NCBI GenBank assembly: GCA_001994995.1
Contig: MDJM01000084.1
Coordinates: 171-64,170, forward strand
Origin: Candidatus Parepulonipiscium sp. PG-Nuni2H_MBin01
Lineage (GTDB): Bacteria; Bacillota; Clostridia; Lachnospirales; Cellulosilyticaceae
Direction: 5' to 3'
Length of the DNA: 64,000 bases
Shown: in pieces, positions 47,887 to 57,915 of the stretch
Layout of the letters: each line of letters starts with the position of its first letter
Position numbering within the stretch: position 1 is the first letter of the stretch
Translations under genes and position numbers: made by a program
The notes under the pieces: model-generated
What the model saw: only the letters and a program-made list of their open reading frames with translations
Told to the model about the DNA's origin: nothing
Database searches by the model: none

Positions 47887-49413
47887 TTAATTAAATTCTA
47901 TGTTTAATACAACTTGATTAGTTTTCTGGATTTGATTATAACTAATACTTTGATTTAGCAGATTAGCAACTTCAGTTAAAATCTCACTAGAACTATCACT
48001 TAGCTGTGGACTTAGTATTAAACTAAATGCTGTAGCTTCAGTAACTTGCACTATTTCAAGCACTCCAGCTAATTCATCCATTGAATTTAAAGTATATAAC
48101 TGGTCTATTCCTAAATCTAAATTAATTAAATTGTATTCATCTGAAGTCGATACAGAATATAGCGAATCATCCCACGTATGCGTATTACTCATATACTCAT
48201 CATTTTCATTAAAATAATCTAAAAAACTACCTATTTGTAATTCGTCTTGGTCAGCCCAAGTAGCATCCACATGGTATGACTGCCCATCAATTTGAACCAA
48301 GTTCCACGCATGAGGGGTTCCTAATGCATCCCCTACAATATAAGTAGTTGGTACCCCGACGCTATTTAAAATGTACATAAACATCTTCGCATAGCCATCA
48401 CATACAGCTAAATTCTCAATACTAGCACCGTATAACGTATGTTGCATAGGTTGAACGTAGTCTAGACCAAGTCTGCCATTAGGGTCATACGTCACACTAT
48501 CAATAATATAAGAAAATATAGCAAACTCTCTTTCATAACTATCCATTGATTTATCCATAACAGTATTTAAAATTTCCTCATGGACATCTTCCCACTCTGC
48601 ATTATAAGTCCTTAGTAACTCTAAATCTGGGTATGAGAATGTAATATTAATTTCTGTGCTATAAGATATAGCTACCTCTATTTTGAATGTGGTAAATGCA
48701 ATAGTTGGGTACGTATCTAAAATTTCAGTAATTTGATTACTTATAGTTTCTAGCAAGTAATCTATGTCATCATATCGTTTGCTAAGTGTAATTTTAACAT
48801 CTGTAGCTAAATCAAATAGCTCTTGCTTTATTATTTCTGGTATTTCATCCTCATTTTTTACTACCCAATTATCAGACTTATCGTTAGGTATTTCAAATGA
48901 AAGCACAGTAGTATCGTTATCCATATCAGTCACTGATAAAAAATATTTTCCAGGTAAAGTAACTAGTGTATCTTGTGTAATTAGCTCACTTTTAGACCCA
49001 TCGCGTGAAAGGTATTGTATTTTCTGTTCATCATATGGTATTTGCACGTTAGTATCCATTATTCCTCGGTCTGTATAAAATGGTGCATCATATGCAACAA
49101 TTAACTGCTCAATTTCCATCATAGTTTCAACAGCCTCCAGATTACTACTACTGCTACTACTACTGCTACTAACACTGCTACTACTAACACTGCTACTATT
49201 GCCGCTACTACCACTGCCGCTACCACTGCTACTACTTCCGCCGCTAAAGCTAATATTACCTACCGTTTCACTTACGGTTTTGACAATAGAGGAGCCGACA
49301 TTACCTACAAAGTCGATTCCAGACATAGTAAAGGGTAATATAATGTTTACAGCTAGTTGTATCGCACAATATGCTATTATAACTACTTTGCCAAAATCCC
49401 AAAACTCTTTCAT
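47887..49413 (-). CDS. Secreted transglutaminase-like domain protein, paralogue of 46047..47612
   Basis: Collinear similarity with its neighbour (QYLSRDGSKSELITQDTLVTLPGKYFL; LAVCDGYAKMFMYILNSVGVPT; HAWNLVQIDGQSYHVDATWAD). A poly-Ser linker is encoded at about 49140-49260. Confidence 0.72.
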   Translation of the reverse strand: MKEFWDFGKVVIIAYCAIQLAVNIILPFTMSGIDFVGNVGSSIVKTVSETVGNISFSGGSSSSGSGSGSSGNSSSVSSSSVSSSSSSSSSNLEAVETMMEIEQLIVAYDAPFYTDRGIMDTNVQIPYDEQKIQYLSRDGSKSELITQDTLVTLPGKYFLSVTDMDNDTTVLSFEIPNDKSDNWVVKNEDEIPEIIKQELFDLATDVKITLSKRYDDIDYLLETISNQITEILDTYPTIAFTTFKIEVAISYSTEINITFSYPDLELLRTYNAEWEDVHEEILNTVMDKSMDSYEREFAIFSYIIDSVTYDPNGRLGLDYVQPMQHTLYGASIENLAVCDGYAKMFMYILNSVGVPTTYIVGDALGTPHAWNLVQIDGQSYHVDATWADQDELQIGSFLDYFNENDEYMSNTHTWDDSLYSVSTSDEYNLINLDLGIDQLYTLNSMDELAGVLEIVQVTEATAFSLILSPQLSDSSSEILTEVANLLNQSISYNQIQKTNQVVLNIEFN

Positions 49414-49498
49414 AATTCACCCCTTTTTAATTTATATAATTATTTATATACTTAAGTACATACTCATAATACACAATTCCTAGCATAATGGCACAAAC

Positions 49499-51379
49499 TT
49501 ATTTTGCAAATATTTGAGTCCAATGATTTCCAGAGCTAACATATCCAACGCCAATGCGTGTATACTCTGATTTTAATATGTTTGCACGATGCCCTTCGCT
49601 ATTCATCCACGCATTTACAACTTGCTCCGGTGTAGTTTGGCCTTTTGCAATATTTTCTCCTGCTAAAGAATAACTTACCCCAAAATGTTTTAACAAATCT
49701 GTAACAGACCCATATACAGGGCTAGTGTGACTAAAATATGAATTTTGTTGCATATCTTCTGATTTTACACGTGCCACTTGGCATAAACTTTCGTCTATTT
49801 GTAATGGTGAAAGGTTATATTTTTGCCTTTCTATGTTAACTAGCTCTATTACTTCCATTTCAAACTCATTTATGTAACTAGGTGTACTTGTTTCTGGTGT
49901 TTCTGTTTCCGTAGGTCGTGAAGGAATAGATGGTACTTCTATTTCAGGTTCTTGTACTTCAGGTATTTCTATTTCAGGTGTTTCAGGTTCTTGTATTTCA
50001 GGTAGTTCTATTTCAGGTGTTTCAGGCTCATTTGGTCTAAAGCCAGGCCAGTTAGGAATGGATGGCATTTCTATTTCAGGCTCTTCTACTTCAGTCTCAA
50101 CTTCAAAATTAGGTAATTCATTATCAATTCCCGGTTTCCAATCAGAATCAACTTCAAAACTAGGCAACGAGTTATCAATACCCCAGTTAGGCTTATTATT
50201 ATCAGAATCAACTTCAAAACTAGGCAACGAATTATCAATACCCCAGTTAGGCTTATTATTAGAATCAACTTCAAAATCAGGTAATTCAGTACCCGGTTTC
50301 CAATCAGAATCTACCTCAAAGCTAGGCAGCGAATTATCAATGCCCCAATTAGGTTTATTATAATCAGAATCTACTTCAAAGCTAGGCAGCGAATTATCAA
50401 TACCCCAGTTAGGTCCACTCGGTCTATTAGGTGCAGCGCTAGGTCTATTATAATTATAATTAGGTGTACTTGGTGTGTAGCCATAATTAGGAGTATTTGG
50501 TCTACTTGGCGTACAATTATCAATACCCCAGCTTGGTTTACTATTAGAACCTGGGTTATAATTTTGATTGCTACTTGGTCCTCTATTAGAATTATAAACA
50601 GATACTTCTTGAGTAACCGATTTACTCAGTACTAATTCTTGTTCAAACTCTTGAGTTGATGAATTAGTTGTAATACCTAATTCGTTTAAAACTTTAGTTA
50701 ATAATTCATTAACAAGCTCTCTATTTGGTGCATTGACTGATTCTACTACTGTATCCACGCTTGTAGACCGAGTCATTACTACTTCACCTAATACAAGCTG
50801 TACTATATCCTCGTTACTATATAACTCATTATGTACTTCAGAACTAATCAGCATCTCTGTAAGCTCTTGTTCTATCAGATTAACCTGCGCAGCATCTATA
50901 ACTGCTTGATTATCTAGTGTAGTTACAACAACTTGGTCATGTACCATTGTTACATTATATCCGAATGCTTGCCAGAATTTAGATTCTGCTATGTAAGGTC
51001 TTTCATCTTTTAATATCAGTGGTGTTGATATAATTTCTTCTATATCGTTAACATACATATGATAAGTTCCAATCTCTACTTTTACTTCTATATCTTCACC
51101 AGTCTGTGCATGAATTCCTGTTGTTATTATGTAAGGTGAGTCAACTTCTATGTTAAGACCAATTTGTTCGGTTACTGTAGTTAATGGTATGTAAATATCA
51201 CCGCCCGGTCCAGTAAAAGGTTTTTCTTTAATAGACTCATCTGTTACGTCATTTACACTAGCCTCAGAGTCTTTATTTTTATCCATGTCTATTGGCTTTG
51301 CAATAGTCATACCTCCTGGCAATTGAACTATACTTCCTAATAAAGCCAAATAAGTGGCTACTTTCTTAAAATGTTTCAT
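49499..51379 (-). CDS. Secreted CAP/SCP (YkwD-like) domain protein with an N-terminal stalk-like domain and NWGIDNSLPSFEVDSD repeats
   Basis: C-terminal CAP motifs (FSHTSPVYGS, GENIAKG, EGHRANIL, IGVGYV). The start at 51379 (MKHFKK) follows GGAAAGGAA. Confidence 0.78.
   Translation of the reverse strand: MKHFKKVATYLALLGSIVQLPGGMTIAKPIDMDKNKDSEASVNDVTDESIKEKPFTGPGGDIYIPLTTVTEQIGLNIEVDSPYIITTGIHAQTGEDIEVKVEIGTYHMYVNDIEEIISTPLILKDERPYIAESKFWQAFGYNVTMVHDQVVVTTLDNQAVIDAAQVNLIEQELTEMLISSEVHNELYSNEDIVQLVLGEVVMTRSTSVDTVVESVNAPNRELVNELLTKVLNELGITTNSSTQEFEQELVLSKSVTQEVSVYNSNRGPSSNQNYNPGSNSKPSWGIDNCTPSRPNTPNYGYTPSTPNYNYNRPSAAPNRPSGPNWGIDNSLPSFEVDSDYNKPNWGIDNSLPSFEVDSDWKPGTELPDFEVDSNNKPNWGIDNSLPSFEVDSDNNKPNWGIDNSLPSFEVDSDWKPGIDNELPNFEVETEVEEPEIEMPSIPNWPGFRPNEPETPEIELPEIQEPETPEIEIPEVQEPEIEVPSIPSRPTETETPETSTPSYINEFEMEVIELVNIERQKYNLSPLQIDESLCQVARVKSEDMQQNSYFSHTSPVYGSVTDLLKHFGVSYSLAGENIAKGQTTPEQVVNAWMNSEGHRANILKSEYTRIGVGYVSSGNHWTQIFAK
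50095..50415 (-). repeat. Coding tandem repeat (57-60 nt units) encoding (K)PNWGIDNSLPSFEVDSD(NN)
   Basis: The units 50141-50200 and 50201-50257 are near-identical. There are 5-6 units in total. Confidence 0.85.
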
Positions 51380-51616
51380 CTTTAGATTCCTTTCCATTTT
51401 TATTTCGGGTTTTATTCCCGGTTTTATTTCCGTTTTGTCTCGTAGTATCTTAGTTATGCGAGTTATAGCACACTAAAGCAAAACAATTGTTTCATTTCCC
51501 AATTGTTTATTTTATTATACCAGAAATTGCTGTATATATCTATGGTAATAGTTGGTTGCATTATTTTTCCTTCATCGGTACAAACTAAGCCTAACAAGTT
51601 TATATTAAAGGGGCGA

Positions 51617-52804
51617 TTGAAATTGAAATATAAGATTCTTGTGTACACGTTATTATTAAGTATGGCGTTTCCAATATTTGCTACTCAAGAAATTGAAGAA
51701 GGCACAATGATTGAGATTGAAATTGAACTTCCTAGTATTAGCGAGGAGCAGACAGATGAAATTAAAGAGATGGAACAAGAAGCAGATGCTACTCCTAAAG
51801 GTACAGAGGAAGAATTAAAAGAAACGTTTTTTGATGTATTAGTAGGGCTAATACAAAAGCGTAACGAATATGTATTAGGGCAGGATTTAGAAAGTTTAGA
51901 GAAATTATATAATCTTGATATTAAAGCGAGCAAATATGCTTTTGAACATGAATCTATAAAAGCTAAGTATTTAAAAGATTGGGCACAGAAACAAGGCGTA
52001 ACGATTAAAAATGTAGAGTCTGAATTAAAAGTGCGTAAAGTACGTGATAGAGAAAACGGCTTATATGGAATGACTTGTAACATCTGTACTACATTTACTT
52101 ATGCTTATAACAATGCACTAGATGTAGAAAATTCATTTAAGGTAGGCACTTCCCATTATATCCACTTACAAAAACAAGGCAGTGAATATATAATAGTAAA
52201 AGAATGGTACACTGACCCTCTTTGTGATACAGTAGAAATTACAATGGAAAAACCAGAAGAAATGACTGAGTTTTTTTTAAATTCTAAACTACCTGAATTT
52301 ACACCAAATGAGCGTTTGCAAAAAGCTATCGAATATGCACACGCTCATTGTGGTATAGGTGAAGGTGAAGGGATGTTTAGATATAACCCTCAATATATGG
52401 ACTGTAACCCACTAGGCGGTGACTGTGCTAATTTCGCTTCCCAAATTATGTTTGAAGGCGGAGGATTTAAGAAAAATTCAACATGGAATTATACCCATGA
52501 GGGCACTAAAGACTGGGTTAATGCACAAGGACTTACGTATTATCTAATTAACAGCGGACGTGGACATAGAATTACTAAAGGTAGTTATGCTAAAACTTAT
52601 AAAACTGCTATGCAAATGAGGCCAGGCGATATAGTAGCGTATGAAGAACGAGGTCGTATTACCCATGTTTCTACTGTTACAGGGCTTGATAGCAATGGTT
52701 ATCCTTTAGTTACATGTCATAACAGTGATAGATTACTTGTTCCTTATGATTTAGGATGGAGCAATTCAGGTGTAACTTATCATTTTATAGATGTGTATTA
52801 TTAA
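51617..52804 (+). CDS. Secreted putative amidase-domain (NlpC/P60- or CHAP-like Cys) protein
   Basis: Signal KYKILVYTLLLSMAFPIFA. C-terminal GGDCANFASQIMFEGG...HVSTV pattern. I propose the TTG at 51617 after AAAGGGG, because the listed ORF start at 51503 lacks an RBS. Confidence 0.6.
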   Translation: MKLKYKILVYTLLLSMAFPIFATQEIEEGTMIEIEIELPSISEEQTDEIKEMEQEADATPKGTEEELKETFFDVLVGLIQKRNEYVLGQDLESLEKLYNLDIKASKYAFEHESIKAKYLKDWAQKQGVTIKNVESELKVRKVRDRENGLYGMTCNICTTFTYAYNNALDVENSFKVGTSHYIHLQKQGSEYIIVKEWYTDPLCDTVEITMEKPEEMTEFFLNSKLPEFTPNERLQKAIEYAHAHCGIGEGEGMFRYNPQYMDCNPLGGDCANFASQIMFEGGGFKKNSTWNYTHEGTKDWVNAQGLTYYLINSGRGHRITKGSYAKTYKTAMQMRPGDIVAYEERGRITHVSTVTGLDSNGYPLVTCHNSDRLLVPYDLGWSNSGVTYHFIDVYY

Positions 52805-52810
52805 AAAAAA

Positions 52811-52834
52811 ATAGGCTTAGCGGCCTATTTTTTA
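52811..52834. terminator. Bidirectional terminator
   Basis: ATAGGC-ttagcg-GCCTAT flanked by an A-run and a T-run. It overlaps the stop codon of the minus-strand amidase gene. Confidence 0.65.
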
Positions 52835-53772
52835 TTATACACTTTTAGAGATTCTACAACTGCCTCCATAAGTTTTCTCTGATAAGAGGGGTCCGCTAAC
52901 ATCTGGTCCTCATTCCAATTACTCATAAAGCCCATTTCTAAAATTACAACTGGCACACGAGACCAGTTAAACCCAGTCATATCTTCGCGTTTAAAAATGC
53001 CATTTACTTTAACGCCCTTATCTGTAAGCGCAACTTTCAATAACTCTGCATACGCTTGGCTTGGTTCATATATGCCTTTAGTATTAGGATTTGTATCACT
53101 TGGCACCAATATAGTTGCGCCAGTTTTAGATGAGTTATTAATACTATCGCAGTGAAGTCTTATAGTCATATTTGCATTAGCTTTATTAGAAACTTCTGCT
53201 CTTTCAGCGTTGCTAATATTTACATCATGTGTCTCCCGAGTCATTACAACTGTAATATTTTCTTTTTCTAATAACTCTTTTAAAATCATCGCAGCTTCTA
53301 AGTTAACAACATATTCAGCCTTTTTAGTTCCTACACCTTCTGTCCCAGATGAAACGCGAGCTTTTTTATGTGGTGAACCGGGTGCGATAGGTTCAGTGGT
53401 ACTATCACCTTTTTCTTGATGGCCTGCATCAATACATACTACAAATTTTTCAGCAGGTGCACTATCTGATTCATCGGATTCAGTATTTTCATCGGATGCT
53501 GCTGTAGAGTCTGTAGTTCCTTCTTTAGAATCTGTAGCTTCATCTTTAGAGGCTGTAGCTCCGTCTTTAGAGTCTTTAGCCTCGTCCTTAGAGTCTTTAG
53601 CTTCGTCCTTAGAGTCTTTAGCCTCGTCTTTAGATTTCTCTTCGCTACTTTCCTGTCTGTTAGTCTCAGGAGCTTGTGCTGTAATACTTTCGGTTGCAAT
53701 ATCCGCGGCATTAACGTTAGCTATACAAGCTAATACTGCTATACTTACACCGAGTAGTTGCTTAATTTTCAC
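52825..53772 (-). CDS. N-acetylmuramoyl-L-alanine amidase (Amidase_3 family) with a KDEAKDS-repeat linker
   Basis: VVCIDAGHQEKGD..., LHCDS and VILEMGFMSN motifs. Signal peptide. The GTG at 53772 is preferred, 5 nt after GAGGTGA. Confidence 0.82.
   Translation of the reverse strand: MKIKQLLGVSIAVLACIANVNAADIATESITAQAPETNRQESSEEKSKDEAKDSKDEAKDSKDEAKDSKDGATASKDEATDSKEGTTDSTAASDENTESDESDSAPAEKFVVCIDAGHQEKGDSTTEPIAPGSPHKKARVSSGTEGVGTKKAEYVVNLEAAMILKELLEKENITVVMTRETHDVNISNAERAEVSNKANANMTIRLHCDSINNSSKTGATILVPSDTNPNTKGIYEPSQAYAELLKVALTDKGVKVNGIFKREDMTGFNWSRVPVVILEMGFMSNWNEDQMLADPSYQRKLMEAVVESLKVYNKK
53515..53635 (-). repeat. Coding 21-nt tandem repeat (KDEAKDS units)
   Basis: GAGTCTTTAGCYTCGTCCTTA is repeated head-to-tail. 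Confidence 0.8.
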
Positions 53773-53896
53773 TTTAATCACCTCATATTATAATTTCTAC
53801 TTATTAAGATGAGTAAAACGTTTAAAAATTATACACGTTCCTAGACAAACTAAATTAAGTATCCTATGATTAGAATATTAGATAGGAGGTATTAGA

Positions 53897-54994
53897 GTGA
53901 ACGATATAGAATATATGGAATTGGCATTATCCGAGGCTAGTAAAGGAATTGGCTGGGTAAATCCAAATCCATTAGTAGGAGCAGTTATAGTAAAAGACGA
54001 AAAAGTTATTGCAACAGGCTACCATACCAAATATGGCTGTCTTCATGCGGAGCGCGAAGCTCTAGCAAATTGTTTACAATCAGTACAAGGCGCAACTATG
54101 TATGTAACGTTAGAACCATGTTGTCATTATGGAAAAACTCCGCCGTGTACACAAGCAATTATTGAAAGTGGCATCAAAAAAGTATTTGTAGGGTGCGTAG
54201 ACCCAAATCCGTTAGTGGCAGGCAAAGGGATTGATAAATTAAAACAAGCTGGAATTGAAGTCATTGTTGGATTATTAGAAGAACAGTGCAGACGGCAAAA
54301 CGAAGTTTTCTTTCATTATATTAAAACAAAGCGTCCTTTTGTCGCTATGAAATATGCTATGACTTTAGATGGCAAAATTGCAACCGTTACAGGCGAGTCA
54401 CAATGGATAACAAGTGAACAATCGAGAATGCAAGTACATGAAATGCGACATAAATATAGTGCTATTATGGTGGGTATTGGCACTGTTTTAGCGGATAATC
54501 CTATGCTAAATTATAGAAATAACGCTAATGGAAAAAATCCGATTAGAATTATTTGTGATACACAGCTTACAACACCTATTACGAGTAAAATAGTTAAAAC
54601 TGCTAAAGAGCAACGCGTTATAATCGCTACAAATAATAATGATACGACTAAACATAAGTTATATACTCATTTAGGTTGCGAAATATTAGTTGTAGGGCTT
54701 ACTGATAATAAAATTAATCTTAATGAATTAATGGAGAAGCTTGCAGCTATCGGAATTGATAGCATTTTATTAGAAGGCGGTGCACAGCTTAACTTTTCCG
54801 CCATTAAAGCGCGTATTGTAAATAGTGTAACTACGTATATAGCGCCTAAAATTTTTGGTGGTACTTTAGCCAAAACACCAGTTGGCGGAGATGGATTTGC
54901 AAATATTAATAATGCTATTCAATTAAAATATAAAAATGTTACTGCACTTTCTAATGGTGATATATTAATAGAAAGTGATGTGTTATATAGTTAA
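53897..54994 (+). CDS. ribD: Bifunctional riboflavin biosynthesis deaminase/reductase
   Basis: HAEREAL...LEPCCHYGKTPPC deaminase zinc site plus a C-terminal reductase domain. GTG start after TAGGAGG. Confidence 0.9.
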   Translation: MNDIEYMELALSEASKGIGWVNPNPLVGAVIVKDEKVIATGYHTKYGCLHAEREALANCLQSVQGATMYVTLEPCCHYGKTPPCTQAIIESGIKKVFVGCVDPNPLVAGKGIDKLKQAGIEVIVGLLEEQCRRQNEVFFHYIKTKRPFVAMKYAMTLDGKIATVTGESQWITSEQSRMQVHEMRHKYSAIMVGIGTVLADNPMLNYRNNANGKNPIRIICDTQLTTPITSKIVKTAKEQRVIIATNNNDTTKHKLYTHLGCEILVVGLTDNKINLNELMEKLAAIGIDSILLEGGAQLNFSAIKARIVNSVTTYIAPKIFGGTLAKTPVGGDGFANINNAIQLKYKNVTALSNGDILIESDVLYS

Positions 54995-55008
54995 AAGGAT
55001 GTGATTAG

Positions 55009-55626
55009 ATGTTTACAGGAATTATAGAAGCTAAAGCTAGTATTAAAAGAATAATAAAAAAATCGAATGGATTAACGTTTACTATAGCACGACCACAAAC
55101 ATTTGATGATATAAAAATCGGAGACAGCATTGCTACAAATGGTGTATGTCTTACAATTACACAACTTTCCCCACAAACATTTGATGTAGACATAATGAAT
55201 GAATCATTGAAAAAAACTACTCTTAGTACTATTGGTGTTGGAACTAAAGTTAATTTAGAGCGTGCAATGTTAGTGGGCAGCAGATTTGGGGGACACATTG
55301 TAAGTGGACATGTAGATGAGGTTGGCCGAGTAGTAAATATAAAAAAGGACGGTATCGCAACAGTATATTGGATTAAAGTAGATAACGCATCTTGTTTAAT
55401 AAGCAAAGGTTCTGTTGCACTAGATGGAATTAGTTTAACTATCGTTGAAGTTAGAGCGAGTACATTTAGCGTATCCATCATTCCGCATACACAACAAGAA
55501 ACTACGATTTCATCGTGGCATGTCGGTAGCTTAATAAATATAGAAAAAGACCAATTAATTAAAAGTACTATGACACAAATTAAATCAGTAATTGATAAAG
55601 ACTTTTTATTAAAATGTGGTTTTTAA
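55009..55626 (+). CDS. ribE: Riboflavin synthase alpha chain
   Basis: MFTGIIE N-terminus with duplicated lumazine-binding halves (GDSIATNGVCLT / GSVALDGISLT). Confidence 0.9.
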   Translation: MFTGIIEAKASIKRIIKKSNGLTFTIARPQTFDDIKIGDSIATNGVCLTITQLSPQTFDVDIMNESLKKTTLSTIGVGTKVNLERAMLVGSRFGGHIVSGHVDEVGRVVNIKKDGIATVYWIKVDNASCLISKGSVALDGISLTIVEVRASTFSVSIIPHTQQETTISSWHVGSLINIEKDQLIKSTMTQIKSVIDKDFLLKCGF

Positions 55627-55793
55627 AGAAGGCTTAACCCTTCCTTAAAAAATTACTATAATATTTTGTGTGGCAACTGCTGATTCAATAATTGTGGCCT
55701 AAATTTGTTCTATAACTAGAGTTAAATAGTATATTATAGTATATCGCGGGTAACAACTTAGCTGATAATATAATAATGAAAGGTTTTAAAATA

Positions 55794-56999
55794 ATGAATA
55801 CAATAAAAGAAGCTTTAGAAGCATTAAAACAAGGTGAAATTATAATAGTAACTGATGATGAAGGACGAGAAAATGAAGGCGACTTTATATGTCCTGCTGA
55901 AAACGTAACTGCTGAGCAAATTAACTTTATGGCAACTTACGGTAAAGGATTAATTTGCATGCCAATGAGCGTAGAAATTGCTAAAGAACTAAAATTTCCC
56001 CAAATGATTGAAAACAATACAGATGCGCATGGAACAGCCTTTACGGTATCAATAGACTATAAAGATACTACAACTGGGATTTCAGCGCATGAAAGAGCAC
56101 TTACAGCAAGAAAAGTTGTAGAAGAAGGTGTTACAGCAGAAGACTTTAAGCGCCCCGGACATATGTTCCCATTAGTCGCAAAGCCAAATGGCGTATTAGT
56201 TCGCGATGGTCATACGGAAGCCACTGTTGACCTTATGACACTAGCAGGATTTAAACCATGCGGATTATGTTGCGAAATCATTAGACCAGATGGGGAAATG
56301 ATGCGCGAAACAGAACTAAAAGCTTTAGCTAGTCAGTGGAATCTAAAAATGATTTCAATTAAAGATTTAGTAGCTTACAGAAAAACATATGACATATTAG
56401 TCGAAAAAGTAGCTATGCCAAAATTACCAACTAAATATGGAGACTTTGTGGCACATGGATATATAAATAAACTAAACGGCGAACATCATGTTGCACTTGT
56501 AAAAGGTGATATAACTACTGCTGAGCCAGTTTTATGTCGTGTGCATTCTGAATGTTTAACCGGCGATGTATTCCATTCAATGAAATGTGATTGTGGTCAG
56601 CAGTTAGACCAAGCGCTAAAGCAAATTGCAAAGGAAGGCAGAGGAGTTTTACTTTATATGCGACAAGAAGGCCGTGGTATTGGGCTATTAAATAAATTAC
56701 GCGCTTATGAACTGCAAGAAACTGGCCTTGATACTGTAGAAGCAAATTTAGCTTTAGGATTTGAAGAAGATGAGCGTGAATATTATGTTGGCGCACAAAT
56801 TTTAAGGCATTTAGGTATTAAGCAACTACACCTTATGACTAATAATCCAGATAAAATTTATCAGCTTGAAGAGTTTGGAATAAAAATTGTAAAACGTGTG
56901 CCAATTGAAACTGACTATAGCGAACAATCAATAAATTACATGGCAACTAAAAAGTATAAGATGGGACATGTACTAAATTTAGAACAAGAATTTGCGTAA
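55794..56999 (+). CDS. ribBA: Bifunctional 3,4-dihydroxy-2-butanone-4-phosphate synthase / GTP cyclohydrolase II
   Basis: [13 protein letters not shown] and [20 protein letters not shown]. The ATG at 55794 gives the canonical N-terminus. Confidence 0.9.
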   Translation: MNTIKEALEALKQGEIIIVTDDEGRENEGDFICPAENVTAEQINFMATYGKGLICMPMSVEIAKELKFPQMIENNTDAHGTAFTVSIDYKDTTTGISAHERALTARKVVEEGVTAEDFKRPGHMFPLVAKPNGVLVRDGHTEATVDLMTLAGFKPCGLCCEIIRPDGEMMRETELKALASQWNLKMISIKDLVAYRKTYDILVEKVAMPKLPTKYGDFVAHGYINKLNGEHHVALVKGDITTAEPVLCRVHSECLTGDVFHSMKCDCGQQLDQALKQIAKEGRGVLLYMRQEGRGIGLLNKLRAYELQETGLDTVEANLALGFEEDEREYYVGAQILRHLGIKQLHLMTNNPDKIYQLEEFGIKIVKRVPIETDYSEQSINYMATKKYKMGHVLNLEQEFA

Positions 57000-57064
57000 A
57001 TAAGTATAATCTAGTGCTATAATTGGAATAAATAAGACAAACTATTTTAATTGAAGGAGAACTT

Positions 57065-57544
57065 ATGAAAATATACGAAGGAAATTTAGTAGCTAAAGGG
57101 ATGACAGTGTGTCTTATTGCATCCAGATTTAATGACTTTATAACATCAAGACTATTAGATGGCGCAATAGATGGCCTTAAAAGACATGGAGTACACGAAG
57201 ACAATATAGATGTAATGTGGATACCAGGAGCATTTGAAATGCCTCTTATAGCAAAGAGAGCTGCGAAAACTGGTAAATACGATGCAATCATTTGCGTTGG
57301 CGCAGTGATTAGAGGCTCTACTACTCATTACGACTACGTGTGTAGCGAGGTATCTAAAGGGCTTGCAGCAGTATCGCTAGAAAGTGAATTACCTGTTATG
57401 TTTGGAGTTCTTACAACCGAAAATATTGAGCAGGCCATAGAAAGAGCGGGTAGCAAAGCTGGAAACAAAGGCTATGAATGTGCTGTTGGAGCAGTAGAAA
57501 TGGTAAATTTAATAGAAAAACTTAAAGTATTACAATACTCATAA
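57065..57544 (+). CDS. ribH: 6,7-dimethyl-8-ribityllumazine synthase
   Basis: 159 aa with [11 protein letters not shown] and [12 protein letters not shown]. Confidence 0.93.
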   Translation: MKIYEGNLVAKGMTVCLIASRFNDFITSRLLDGAIDGLKRHGVHEDNIDVMWIPGAFEMPLIAKRAAKTGKYDAIICVGAVIRGSTTHYDYVCSEVSKGLAAVSLESELPVMFGVLTTENIEQAIERAGSKAGNKGYECAVGAVEMVNLIEKLKVLQYS

Positions 57545-57549
57545 AACTA

Positions 57550-57582
57550 AACCACAAGTTCACGCAACTTGTGGTTTTAACA
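57550..57582 (+). terminator. Rho-independent terminator of the rib operon
   Basis: AACCACAAGTT-cacgc-AACTTGTGGTT followed by TT. Confidence 0.88.
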
Positions 57583-57639
57583 TTTTAAGAGAAAGTTACA
57601 TATATAATAGTAACTCCTATAATATTTGAGGGTGATACT

Positions 57640-57798
57640 ATGGTGAATAACGAGTTAGTGTATTTTTATTTTGGCTTACTAGGCACGTTATGTAGCTACG
57701 TAAGTTTTTCTTATCAAGAATATTTAATTACATTAATAAGTATAGTAATTACGGTTTACCTCTTTAGTAACTTTTTACATTTGACTTTGGAAGAATAG
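57640..57798 (+). CDS. Unlisted 52-aa hydrophobic small ORF (2 TM)
   Basis: ATG lies 6 nt after GAGGGTGA. Product MVNNELVYFYFGLLGTLCSYVSFSYQEYLITLISIVITVYLFSNFLHLTLEE. A terminator hairpin follows. Confidence 0.35.
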   Translation: MVNNELVYFYFGLLGTLCSYVSFSYQEYLITLISIVITVYLFSNFLHLTLEE

Positions 57799-57812
57799 CA
57801 ATACATAATTAA

Positions 57813-57859
57813 TTCCATCTATCGCAAAATATATTTGTCATAGATGGAACCTTTTTTTT
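57813..57859 (+). terminator. Rho-independent terminator
   Basis: TTCCATCTA (57813-57821) pairs with TAGATGGAA (57841-57849), followed by CCTTTTTTTT. Confidence 0.65.
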
Positions 57860-57915
57860 GCAAAATGCATATATAATAGTATGTCCAATAAATATTAATT
57901 AAGGGGGAGATTTAT

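Noticed and set aside
50095-50415. CRISPR-like regular repeats. The same applies to 361-900, 45075-45185, 49140-49260 and 53515-53635.
   Set aside because: All are head-to-tail coding repeats without unique spacers, and all lie inside long ORFs with signal peptides. No cas genes are present.
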